From contig CAVTHO010000003.1 in NCBI GenBank assembly GCA_963734545.1, positions 32,001-96,000 on the forward strand: 64,000 nt of DNA. The letters run 5' to 3'. How positions within the stretch are numbered: the stretch's first letter is position 1; each line of letters starts with the position of its first letter. A program made the translations under genes and the position numbers. Positions 11,204-21,170 of the stretch are shown here, one piece after another. The DNA is from an uncultured Spirochaetota bacterium. GTDB lineage: Bacteria > Spirochaetota > Spirochaetia > SZUA-6 > Fen-1364. The notes beneath the pieces were generated by a model. The model ran no database searches. It had not been told where the DNA came from and was given only the letters and a program-made list of their open reading frames with translations.

Positions 11204-12231
11204 GGCTTCGGCTGAACCGGTCCGTCAAGCTCGGCCTCGAGCTCGTCCTTCTCGGCCTCCTGGTCGTCCTTTTCGTGAAAGTGCTCGATTTCCGGCAGGT
11301 ACAGGCCTATATCCGACTGATCACGCCGCGCGTGCTCCTCGGCGTCCTGGCATTCCAGCTCGCGATCCTGCTCATCCAGAGCTTCCAGTGGGGCCTGGTC
11401 CTGCGGGAAGCCGGCATCTATCGCGGCGCCTGGTGGACAATGCGGTCCCGGGTGAGCGGGGCCGCGCTCACCTACCTCACCCCTTCCATGTATTTCGGCG
11501 GCGAGCCGGTCAGGGCGGGCATGTACAAGAACGGCGGCATGACCTATCAGAAGGTCTACGCCACGATTGCCCTGGACAAGTACATCGAGCTGGCGGGCAA
11601 GATCCCCTGCATCATCGTGGGATTCAGCGCGCTCGTCTACTTCGTGCATCGGGGCACCCTCCTCATCATTCTGTCCGGGAGCATTCTCGTGGCGTTCATC
11701 GGGTTCTTCATCTTTCTCATCGCGAAGCTGTTCAACAGCGAGACATTCATCGTCGGCTTCTTCAAGAGGTTTCTACGGCTGGTTGCCCGCATCAACCCCC
11801 GCGCCGCCGTGAGGGTGCTGAAGGCCATCCGGGAGTTCGCGCGGGACGTGCACACGCTCATGGGCCGCAGGAGGATTTTCTACGCGGCAATGGCGGCCGG
11901 AGTGACGGTTGCCGTCGTGGAAGTGCTCCAGACATTCTACATCCTTTTTGTGCTGGGACGCACCAGCATCGCCGACTCATTCGTCATCTTCGCGACGGTG
12001 GTCATCCAGGGGCTCATCGGGCTCCTGCCGGGAAACATCGGCGGCATGGAGGGCACGCACCTGTTCATCTTCGCCGTGCTCGGCATCGGGTCCGACCCGA
12101 GCATCGTCTACACGTTGATCTTGCGCATGGGGCAGATGACGATGGTGCTGCTGGGACTGCTGAGCCTTTTGGCCTGGAGGATAGGCAGGGTGGGCGTGAG
12201 AGGCGCCGATCGGAATCGAACCGATGCATAA
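11200..12231 (+). CDS. lysylphosphatidylglycerol synthase TM/flippase-like membrane protein
   Basis: Multi-TM; TPSMYFGGEPVR and PGNIGGME motifs. Confidence 0.8.
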   Translation: MRLRLNRSVKLGLELVLLGLLVVLFVKVLDFRQVQAYIRLITPRVLLGVLAFQLAILLIQSFQWGLVLREAGIYRGAWWTMRSRVSGAALTYLTPSMYFGGEPVRAGMYKNGGMTYQKVYATIALDKYIELAGKIPCIIVGFSALVYFVHRGTLLIILSGSILVAFIGFFIFLIAKLFNSETFIVGFFKRFLRLVARINPRAAVRVLKAIREFARDVHTLMGRRRIFYAAMAAGVTVAVVEVLQTFYILFVLGRTSIADSFVIFATVVIQGLIGLLPGNIGGMEGTHLFIFAVLGIGSDPSIVYTLILRMGQMTMVLLGLLSLLAWRIGRVGVRGADRNRTDA

Positions 12232-12272
12232 AGGTTTTGCAGACCTCTCCCTTACCTCTTGGGTACGGCGCC
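12201..12272 (-). tRNA. tRNA-Cys (GCA)
   Basis: GGCGCCG acceptor stem, GAGGT-CT-GCA-AA-ACCTT anticodon arm, GTTCGATTC T-loop. Confidence 0.95.
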
Positions 12273-12295
12273 TTGCCGAACGGCTGTCCGGCGTG

Positions 12296-12324
12296 ACTCT
12301 ACAGAATAAGAGAGGCTTTGTCCA
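12296..12324 (-). promoter_or_regulatory. sigma70-type promoter of tRNA-Cys
   Basis: TGGACA-17bp-TAGAGT on minus strand. Confidence 0.55.
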
Positions 12325-12327
12325 GAG

Positions 12328-12350
12328 CGCCGCCGTACCCGGAGGATTTG
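12328..12350 (-). repeat. degenerate copy of REP-like hairpin family
   Basis: 19/23 match to CAAATCCACCGAATACGGTGGCG. Confidence 0.6.
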
Positions 12351-12357
12351 GCGCCGC

Positions 12358-13278
12358 ATGGTGAGCATCGTCGTTCCCACGTTCAATGAAGCCGTGTACC
12401 TGCCGCGTCTCCTCGCCAGTATCGAGGCGCAGGACTACAAGGATCGCGAAATCATCGTCGCGGACAACGGCTCCCGTGACGGTACCCGGGACCTCGCGAA
12501 GAAGCACGGCGCACGGGTCGTGCACGGGGGCATCCCCGGCGTGGGCAGGAACAGGGGCGCCGCGGCGGCGCGTGGCGACACCCTCCTTTTCCTCGATGCC
12601 GACACGGTGCTCCCGGATGGCTTCATTTCGAAGATCATGGCCCGGTTCGAGAAGGACTTCATCGACATATGCGTGCCCTGGATCCGGCCGATCGACGGAT
12701 CCAAACCCGTCTATCGCACGATCTTCCAGTTCAGCAACACGTTCTTCAAGCTCATGGAGACCATCCAGCCGCAGGGCCTCGGCATCTGCATGCTGGTCAC
12801 CCGGCGCCTTCACGACCGGATCGGCGGTTTCTCGGAGAGCATACGCGTGTCGGAGGATTTCGACTATATCAAGCGCGCATCGCGGGTGGGGCGCTTCCGC
12901 GTGTATCCCCATGTGTTCGTCTACCATTCCGTGCGCCGCTACCAGAGGGAAGGAGTGGGGAACCTCGTTCAGAAGCAGTTCATGAGCGGACTCATCTACC
13001 TGTTCACCGGCAGGGCCTTCGACACGGACGACTACGCGTACGGTACCTTCTCCCATTTCGCGGGGGAGGAAGGAGAAGGGCGTCGCGCCGAACATGACGG
13101 CGCCGAGGTGAAAAGGCTGCTCAGCTCCTTCGACAAGCAGTCGAAGCGCCTGCGTACCCAGATCGAGAAGATGGAAGTCCGGAGCGCTTCCCGCGAGGCG
13201 CGGGCCCGAGGCCTCCTGTGGTCGGGGAAGGCGGCGCAGGGCGACACGCGCCGGAAAGCGCGAAAAAAGAAGAAGTGA
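12358..13278 (+). CDS. glycosyltransferase family 2
   Basis: VSIVVPTFNE, IIVADNGSRDGT, LFLDAD, SEDFD. Confidence 0.9.
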   Translation: MVSIVVPTFNEAVYLPRLLASIEAQDYKDREIIVADNGSRDGTRDLAKKHGARVVHGGIPGVGRNRGAAAARGDTLLFLDADTVLPDGFISKIMARFEKDFIDICVPWIRPIDGSKPVYRTIFQFSNTFFKLMETIQPQGLGICMLVTRRLHDRIGGFSESIRVSEDFDYIKRASRVGRFRVYPHVFVYHSVRRYQREGVGNLVQKQFMSGLIYLFTGRAFDTDDYAYGTFSHFAGEEGEGRRAEHDGAEVKRLLSSFDKQSKRLRTQIEKMEVRSASREARARGLLWSGKAAQGDTRRKARKKKK

Positions 13279-14471
13279 CCCGGGACACGCGCGCCTCCCG
13301 CCGAAAGCCGGGGCAACGCGGCTCATCGGCCCGATCCCTTCGCGACACTCTGACTGCATATGCGTACCTGAGCCCCTCGGCCCTCATCATTGGCGTCTTC
13401 GGGATCTTCCCCTTGTTCTTCACGATCTATGTGAGCCTCTTCAAGTGGCGGCTGGCCCGGGGAGACTTTGCGGGTCTCGACAACTACCTGAAGCTCCTCG
13501 GCGGCAATCTGTGGTACCTCGCCGCGACGCTCGCTTCCCTCGGAGGCATCCTGCTGGCCGCGATGCTCATGCGCCGGCGCCGCGCCGGGTGGGGCCGGCT
13601 CCGGCTCTTCTGCGGCGTGGTGGTCCTTGCGGGGTCTCTTCTCGGCCTCGGCCTGTCCCTGCCATTCCTCGCCTCCCAGGGCGACAGGGAAGCCTTCGAC
13701 GCGCTGCGCGTGACGATCTGGTATTCCTTCTGCACGGTTCCGGTCCAGCTTGCTGCCGGCCTGCTGCTGGCCGTGCTCCTGACGCGGCGCATCCGGGGAA
13801 GGCAGGCATTCCGTGTCCTGTACCTGGTACCCTACATCGCACCCACCGTTGCCACTGCCGCGATCTTCGAGCTTCTGTTCTCCCTCCGCCCCGATTCCTT
13901 TGCCAACCAGCTCATGAAGCTCCTCCGCGCCGGGCCGCTGCAGTGGCTGCAGGAATCGCGGGGATTCGTGCAGATCGTGTTCGGTGCCGGACCGCGGTGG
14001 GAAGGCGTGGTGCCCGCCTACTGGGCGGGCTGGGCCCAGGGGCCGAGCCTCGCGCTGGTGTCGGTCATCATCTACAGCTGGTGGGTATTCGTGGGGTACT
14101 ATGCCCTCATCTACATCAACGGTCTCGGCGCCATACCCCGGCAGCTCTACGAGGCAGCGCAGGTCGACGGCGCCGGCAGGATCCGCAGCTTCTTCTCCAT
14201 CACGATTCCCCTCCTGTCTCCGACCACCTATTTCCTGTCACTGCTCGGGGTGATCGGGACATTCAAGGCATTCACCCAGCTCTACGTGCTGCGGAGCGCC
14301 GCGGCCTCCGGCACGGTGGACTCCGTCAGCGTCGCCATATTCTTCACGGCTTTCCGCAAGGGCAACATGGGATACGCTTCCGCCATCTCGATCCTCCTCT
14401 TTCTGATCGTCCTCGGGCTCACCGTTCTTCAGCAGCGGACAACGGAGAAGGGCGTGCACTATGGCGATTGA
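13275..14471 (+). CDS. carbohydrate ABC transporter permease 1
   Basis: EAA motif LYEAAQVDGA, multi-TM, GYASAIS. Confidence 0.9.
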   Translation: MTRDTRASRRKPGQRGSSARSLRDTLTAYAYLSPSALIIGVFGIFPLFFTIYVSLFKWRLARGDFAGLDNYLKLLGGNLWYLAATLASLGGILLAAMLMRRRRAGWGRLRLFCGVVVLAGSLLGLGLSLPFLASQGDREAFDALRVTIWYSFCTVPVQLAAGLLLAVLLTRRIRGRQAFRVLYLVPYIAPTVATAAIFELLFSLRPDSFANQLMKLLRAGPLQWLQESRGFVQIVFGAGPRWEGVVPAYWAGWAQGPSLALVSVIIYSWWVFVGYYALIYINGLGAIPRQLYEAAQVDGAGRIRSFFSITIPLLSPTTYFLSLLGVIGTFKAFTQLYVLRSAAASGTVDSVSVAIFFTAFRKGNMGYASAISILLFLIVLGLTVLQQRTTEKGVHYGD

Positions 14472-15356
14472 AGGCCGCTCTCCCCGGCCGCGGGCTCGGG
14501 CGGTCCACCAGGGTCCGCGCGAGCACCGTGAACGTCATCGCGGTCTACCTCGTCCTGACTTTTGGCGCCCTGGCATGCATCGTGCCGTTCCTTTTCATGC
14601 TGAGCACATCCCTGAAGACCATCGGGGAGACGATCACCCGTGTCAGCCCCATTCCCTTTGACCCGGAGTTCTGGCCCCGTACTCCCCAGTGGATCAACTT
14701 TGTCACTGCCTGGTCGGACGCGAGCTTCAGCCTCTATTTCAGAAACAGCGTCATCACCGCGGCGCTGACGGTGGCGGGAGTAGTCGCGAGCTCTTCTCTC
14801 GCCGCCTATGCTTTCGCCAAGATCCGATTCGTCGGTTCCCGGTTCATTTTCGCCGTGCTGCTGGCGACCCTGATCATCCCCGAGAGCGTGTACCTCATCC
14901 CCAATTTCATCATGATCACCCGTCTGGGCTGGTACGACACGCTCGCGGGTCTGACCGTACCCTTCATGGCGAGCGCATTCTACATTTTCCTTCTGCGGCA
15001 GTTCTTCTCCCAGGTGCCCAACGAGCTGCTGGAGAGCGCGCGCATCGACGGCGCCGGTCATACGCGGGCCTTCTCTTCCATCCTGCTCCCCCTTTCCGGC
15101 GCGCCTTTGTTCACCGTGGCATTTCTGGCCTTCGTTGGATCGTGGAACTCTCTTCAGTGGCCGCTCGTGGCCACCCGCACGGCCCGATGGCGGCCGATCA
15201 CCGTCGGGCTGACCACCTTCATCTCTGAGGCAGGCCCCCAGAACGAGCTGCGCATGGCAGGGGCCGTGCTGGCCGTTCTGCCCGGTCGTGCTTGTCTACT
15301 TCTTCGCGCAGAAGCGATTTACCGAGGCTATCGCCCGCAGTGGCATCAAGGGCTGA
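14468..15356 (+). CDS. carbohydrate ABC transporter permease 2 (frameshift near 15283)
   Basis: TTG start overlapping upstream stop; LLRQFF..ELLESARIDGA; ends SGIKG in shifted frame. Confidence 0.9.
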
Positions 15357-15390
15357 TATCCATTACTTTTGACATTGCAATGGAGGGAAT

Positions 15391-16722
15391 ATGAGGCGGG
15401 CAATCGTGTGCGTGTTCCTCCTCGTTCTGCCGCTTGTCCTGTTCGGCCAGGGCAACGGGCTGTCGGGGGACAAATCCGCGGAGTACCGCGGCGCGGATCC
15501 GACGGGAACGACGATCACCTACTGGTACCAGCATACAGGGGCCAACGGCGATGCCATGCAGAAAATGATCGCCGACTTCAACGCAACCAATCCGTGGAAG
15601 ATCACCGTGAAGGGCGAGTACGCGGGGCCCTACGACCAGATCTACAACAAGATGGTCGCTGCAATCGCGGCCGGCAACCCGCCCGAGCTCGTGGTGGCGT
15701 ACCAGAACCAGTCCGCCACCTACCAGGTGAACAATGCGCTGGTGGACCTGAATGTCTACGTCACGGATCCGAAGTGGGGACTCGGAAAAGATATCGCCGA
15801 TTTCTTCGAGGGCTTCATCAACCAGGACGTGAACGCACAGTTCGGCGGCAAGCGCCTGGGCTTCCCGCCCAACCGCTCTCTCGAGGTCATGTACTGGAAT
15901 ATGACGCTGCTGAAATCCGTCGGAATCACCGCCCCGCCGAAGACGTGGGACGAGTTTGCCGCTGACTGCCGGAAGGTCACGAACAAGGACAAGGACACGT
16001 ACGGTTACGCGCTGGACAACCTGGATGCATCGCACGTCTACGCCCTCGTCATCTCCCGCGGCGGAGAGTTCGCCCGGGCCGACGGGAAAGGCTACACTCT
16101 GAACACGCCGCAGATGAAGGCATCCATGACCTACATGCGCGGGCTCGTCAATCAGGGCCTCGCGCGCAAGATCCCGAAGAAGTACGACGATCAGACGGAC
16201 TTCGGAAACGGGAAAGCGGCCTTCACTCTCAGCTCCACATCAGGGCTCACCTTCTACGACAAGGCCGTCAAGGCGAACAAGGACGGGCCGTTCCAATGGG
16301 GAATCGCGCCCGTGCCCCAGCTCACCGCCTCCGGCGCGCCCGCTATCGACCTCTACGGCGCCAGCGTGAGTATCCCGAAGAGCACTCCACAGAAGCAGCT
16401 CGCTGCCTGGCTCTTCATCAAGTGGTTCTCCGAGCCCCAGCAGCAGGCCCAGTGGGCCCACGTATCGAAGTATTTCCCTGTCCGCAAGGCGGCAGAGAAG
16501 CTCATGGCCGACCTGTTCGACGCGGATGCGAATTTCGCCGCCGCCTGGAAAATCCTGAAGATCGCCAACCTCAAGGCGGAGCCCCCTTTCGCCGGCTATG
16601 ACCTTGTCCGGGATGCCATCACCGCCGCGTACAGCAAGGTGCTGGACGGCGCGGACGTGGATTTGACACTTGCGGCGCTGCAGGAGCAGGCGGACAAGCT
16701 CTACAAGGATTCGGCGCCCTGA
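15391..16722 (+). CDS. carbohydrate ABC transporter substrate-binding protein (UgpB-like)
   Basis: Signal peptide, TYWYQHTG, PPKTWDE, AAWLFIKW. Confidence 0.9.
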   Translation: MRRAIVCVFLLVLPLVLFGQGNGLSGDKSAEYRGADPTGTTITYWYQHTGANGDAMQKMIADFNATNPWKITVKGEYAGPYDQIYNKMVAAIAAGNPPELVVAYQNQSATYQVNNALVDLNVYVTDPKWGLGKDIADFFEGFINQDVNAQFGGKRLGFPPNRSLEVMYWNMTLLKSVGITAPPKTWDEFAADCRKVTNKDKDTYGYALDNLDASHVYALVISRGGEFARADGKGYTLNTPQMKASMTYMRGLVNQGLARKIPKKYDDQTDFGNGKAAFTLSSTSGLTFYDKAVKANKDGPFQWGIAPVPQLTASGAPAIDLYGASVSIPKSTPQKQLAAWLFIKWFSEPQQQAQWAHVSKYFPVRKAAEKLMADLFDADANFAAAWKILKIANLKAEPPFAGYDLVRDAITAAYSKVLDGADVDLTLAALQEQADKLYKDSAP

Positions 16723-16736
16723 GGAATAGTTTTTCA

Positions 16737-16765
16737 TTGACAAAGTAGGCCCAGTGTCTTAAAAT
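16737..16765 (+). promoter_or_regulatory. sigma70 promoter of lipoprotein pair
   Basis: TTGACA-17bp-TAAAAT. Confidence 0.7.
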
Positions 16766-16850
16766 CTCCAGAAGCTCATTTATATAAAGTTGCCTGGCAA
16801 ACCGGGCCATCTGACAAGATATGTCTATCGGAAATGTGAAAGGAGAATAT

Positions 16851-18823
16851 ATGAAACCCGGCACGCGCTCGTTGTTTACCGTGTGCGCTTCCGCAATGCT
16901 CGTTGCGCTTCTGGCAGCCTGCCCCAATCCGATCGTACCCGGCAAGGGCGGTGTGTTGACCATCTCCATCAACAACAACATCGACGAGAGGACCCTGCTG
17001 CCTCCGATCGACATGGACGCGGACAGCTTCTCGGTGATCGGCACAGGCCCCGGCGGGGCCGACTTCTCCCAGACTACTACCGGGGCCCCCGTAACGGTGA
17101 GTGGGCTTGCCTTCGGCTCCTGGAGCGTGACCGTGAATGCGCTCGAATGCCGGGGGCACCATCATCGGCAGCGGTCAGGCAACAGTGGCCGTGCATACCG
17201 GGCAGACCACGACAGCAACTATCTCCGTGGTGCCTCTGGAGGGAAACGGCACACTGGACCTCACCGTGACCTGGACCGCTTCGCAGGTGGATGAGGCATC
17301 GATCGAGGCGAGCCTGACGCCTCCCTCAGGCCCCGAGACGCCCCTGGGCTTCGGCGTCGAAGGCAATGTGGCAACCTATTCCAGCACGACCATACCGGCC
17401 GGCTACCAGACGCTGACGGTGCAGCTTCTGGACAACGGCATACCCGTGATGGGAGCGGTGGAGGTGGTGAGGATCGTGGCAGGGCAGACGACCACGGGAA
17501 CATACGAATTCGAGAACGTGAACAGGCCGGGCGGCTCGGTGCAGGTGAACATCACTCCCGAGATGGCAGAGCCGATACCGGTGAGCATCAGCGGGGTGCC
17601 GCCGACAGTGCGTGCGGGCGCAGAGCATGACAGCCACGGCGTCGGTGAGCGACGGGACGGCGGGCGTTGTCTACGTGTGGTACCTGAACGGTGTGACCGT
17701 GGGCACGGGAGCCAGCTACACGCTGGGGGGCACAGTTCCCGCGGGCTGGTATCGGCTTGACGTGACGGCCTACGCGGCGGGCGGGACACGCGCGGGCAGC
17801 GACACCGCCAGCTTCCAGGTGACAGCCGCGGGCGGCCCACCAGGGCGCTACGTGTATGTTGCGAATGCCGGTAGCGCCAATCTGTCGGCCTACTCCATCG
17901 GCTCCGGCGGCCTGCTCACTCCCTTGAGCACCCCCACCTTCGGTACCGGAACCTGGCCTCTCGGAATCGCGGCTACGCCAAACAGATCTTTCCTCTACCT
18001 GTCGAACTGGCTCAGCAATACCTTGTCCGCTTTCGCTATCAGCCCCGTCGGCCTGCTGATCCCCTTGAGCACCCCCACATTTGCTGCCGGATCGTACCCC
18101 ACGGAAATCGCGGTTACGCCAGACGGCTCTTTCCTGTACGTGGCCAACGGCAACGGCAACACCGTGTTGGCCTATGCCATCGGCTCGGACGGCTTGCTTA
18201 CCCCCTTGGATACTCCGTTCCCGACCGGGGCGCTACCACAGGGAATCGCGATTACGCCCAACGGCTCTTTCCTCTATGTTGCGAACGAGAACAGCAACAC
18301 CGTGTCGGCATACGCCATTAGCTCAGGCGGTCAGCTGACGCCCCTCGCTACCCCCAGTTTTCCGACTGAAACGATGCCGTACGGAATTGCGATTACGCCC
18401 AACGGTTCCTTCCTCTACATCACGAGCTTGAGCAGCGCGAATGTTTCGGCCTACGCCATCGGCTCGGACGGGCTGCTCACCCCCTTAGGTACTACTTTCC
18501 CGACTGGAGCGAACCCTCGGGAAATGGCGATTACGCCCAATGGCGCTTTCCTCTACGTAACTAACTTCGGCGGCAACACCGTATCGGGGTTCGCCATCGG
18601 CTCCAGCGGGCTTCTCACTCCATTAAGTACCTCCACCTTCGAAACCGGGGTCAACCCTCGCGCAATAGCCGTTACGCCCAACGGCTTCTTCCTCTATGTG
18701 ACGAACTTCGGCAACAACACGGTGTCCGCCTATGCCATCGGCCCGGGCGGCCTGCTCACCCCTTTGAGCCCGTCCACGTTTGCTGCCGGAGACGGCCCTA
18801 TCGGAATCACGGTTGTGCCGTGA
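16851..18823 (+). CDS. surface lipoprotein, Ig-like stalk + lactonase-type beta-propeller (copy 1; frameshifts near 17146 and 17623)
   Basis: AGGAG RBS, lipobox LAAC, Thr/Val/Gly-rich beta-sandwich region, repeated TPNGxFLYVxN..SAYAIG blades. Confidence 0.8.
16908..17823 (+). repeat. 916 bp direct repeat, copy 1
   Basis: Near-identical to 18965..19880, from CTTCTGGCAGCC to TTCCAGGTGAC. Confidence 0.95.
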
Positions 18824-18910
18824 CGATAGCGGATGAGTAGTTGACGGAGGCCGTTCGCCTACGAGGGATGCAGACGACGGGAACGGCGAGCAAAACTTGT
18901 GGAGGGAAGT

Positions 18911-20895
18911 ATGAAAACAAAACTGCTTGTATTGTTCGGGCTTGCTTCGTTGATTGTTGTTCTTCTTCTGGCAGCCTGCCCCAATCCGATCGTACCCGGC
19001 AAGGGCGGTGTGTTGACCATCTCCATCAACAACAACATCGACGAGAGGACCCTGCTGCCTCCGATCGACATGGACGCGGACAGCTTCTCGGTGATCGGCA
19101 CAGGCCCCGGCGGGGCCGACTTCTCCCAGACTACTACCGGGGCCCCCGTAACGGTGAGTGGGCTTGCCTTCGGCTCCTGGAGCGTGACGGTGAATGCGCT
19201 CAATGCCGGGGGCACCATCATCGGCAGCGGTCAGGCAACAGTGACCGTGCATACCGGGCAGACCACGACAGCAACTATCTCCGTGGTGCCTCTGGAGGGA
19301 AACGGCACACTGGACCTCACCGTGACCTGGACCGCTTCGCAGGTGGATGAGGCATCGATCGAGGCGAGCCTGACGCCTCCCTCAGGCCCCGAGACGCCCC
19401 TGGGCTTCGGGGTCACAGGCAACGTGGCAACCTATTCCAGCACGACCATACCGGCCGGCTACCAGACGCTGACGGTGCAGCTGCTGGACAACGGCATCCC
19501 CGTGATGGGAGCGGTGGAGGTGGTGAGGATCGTGGCAGGGCAGACGACCACGGGAGCATACGAATTCGAGAACGTGAACAGGCCGGGCGGCTCGGTGCAG
19601 GTGCACATCACTCCCTGAGATGGCAGAGCCGATACCGGTGAGCATCAGCGGGGTGCCGCCAACAGTGAGTGCGGGCGCGGAGCATGACAGCCACGGCGTC
19701 GGTGAGCGACGGGACGACGGGCGTTGTCTACGTGTGGTACCTGAACGGTGTGAGCGTGGGCACGGGAGCCAGCTACACGCTGGGGGGCACAGTTCCCGCG
19801 GGCTGGTATCGGCTTGACGTGACAGCCTACGCGGCGGGCGGGACCCGGGCGGGCAGTGACACCGCCAGCTTCCAGGTGACCGGGACGGCCAATGCGCATA
19901 CCTACCTCTATGTGGCGAACGCGGCCTCCAACTCCATTTCAGTCCTTGAAATCGGGAGCACGGGAGCGCTGACCATGATGAGCGGCTCTCCCTATATGGC
20001 GGGAACGGCACCCGAGTCCCTTGCCGTGGATCCGACCGGTAAGTTCCTGTTTGCAGCGAATCGCAATTCCCACAATATATCGGCTTACACGATCGGGAGC
20101 GCAGGGGCGCTGACTCTGGTGAGCGGCTCCCCATTCGCCGCGGGACTGTATCCTCAGTGCGTTGCGGTGGATCGGACCGGCAAGTTTCTCTACGCGGCCA
20201 ACTCCTCTTCCGGCAGCATCTCGGCATATTCGATCGGAAGCACGGGAGCGTTGACGCCGCTCAGCGGCTCCCCGTTTGCCACGGGACCAGGATCAGTTTC
20301 TCTTGTTATCGATCCGACCGGCAGGTTCCTTTATGTGACCAGCGCAAATGCAGTGTCGGGATACTCGATAGGAAGCGCGGGCGGGCTTACGCCGCTGAGT
20401 GGTTCCCCCTTTCCCGCATCTGGAGGACCCAATGCCATTACGATCGATCCGACCGGCAAGTTCCTCTACGCAACACACGCTTCATTGAACAATGTGTCGG
20501 CATACGCCATAGGACCCGAGGGCGGGCTCACGCCGGTGAGCGGATCTCCATTTGCCGCGGGAGCGAACCCATTTTCAGTCGCCGTGGATCCGACAGGCAG
20601 GTTCGTGTATGTAGCAAATCTCAACTCGGCCACTGTATCGGCCTATTCGATAGGAAGCTCGGGAGCGCTCACGGAAGTGAGCGGTTCTCCTTTTGCGTCG
20701 GGCACGACCCCGGTTTTTGTCAGGGCGGATCCATCCGGCAGGTTCCTCTACGTTGCCACTGCAGGTGCCAACTATACCGTATCAGCCTTTACAATCGGAA
20801 GCACGGGAGGGCTCACGGCGATTAGCGGATCCCCGTTCTATTCTGGCTACTCTCCCTTTGCCCTGGCCTTTGTGACAATGATGAGCGCACCCTAG
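18911..20895 (+). CDS. surface lipoprotein, Ig-like stalk + lactonase-type beta-propeller (copy 2; frameshifts near 19615 and 19680)
   Basis: GGAGG RBS, lipobox LAAC, same stalk, repeated DPTG(K/R)FLY..SGSPF blades. Confidence 0.8.
18965..19880 (+). repeat. 916 bp direct repeat, copy 2
   Basis: Near-identical to 16908..17823. Confidence 0.95.
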
Positions 20896-20986
20896 GCGCG
20901 GGCGGCCTTCCTGGAGGTAACGATAACATTTGACAAGATACCGGTAATGGACTAATAATCGAACGTACGTTTTTTGGGAGGGAAAA

Positions 20987-21157
20987 ATGGAGAAAGTGCA
21001 GAAGAGTGAGGGGCTCGTCTGCATATGCGCGGAATGCAAGAAAGTGATCAAGATGGTCGGAAACGTGTCTCCCGCTGTGCCGCCGCTCATCAGCCACGGC
21101 ATCTGTCCTGCGTGCGCAGAGAGGCTGTACGGGGACTATTTCCGCAAGAAAACGTGA
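20987..21157 (+). CDS. 56 aa zinc-finger microprotein (CxxC...SHGICPxC)
   Basis: MEKVQKSEGLVCICAECKKVIKMVGNVSPAVPPLISHGICPACAERLYGDYFRKKT; GGAGG RBS; TTGACA at 20930 upstream; missing from ORF track. Confidence 0.8.
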   Translation: MEKVQKSEGLVCICAECKKVIKMVGNVSPAVPPLISHGICPACAERLYGDYFRKKT

Positions 21158-21170
21158 GAACGGGCGCCGC

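Noticed and set aside
16795-16830. c-di-GMP riboswitch (GGCAAACC)
   Set aside because: No GNRA-capped P2 or GACGCAAAG continuation
17615-19685. Programmed frameshift shared by both lipoprotein copies (GGCGC[A/G]GAGCATG)
   Set aside because: No slippery sequence; the site is a SNP between the copies and fits the merged-allele error pattern. Reads should still be checked
16908-19880. Diversity-generating retroelement TR/VR pair
   Set aside because: Differences are not adenine-specific, the repeat is far longer than a TR, and no reverse transcriptase is present
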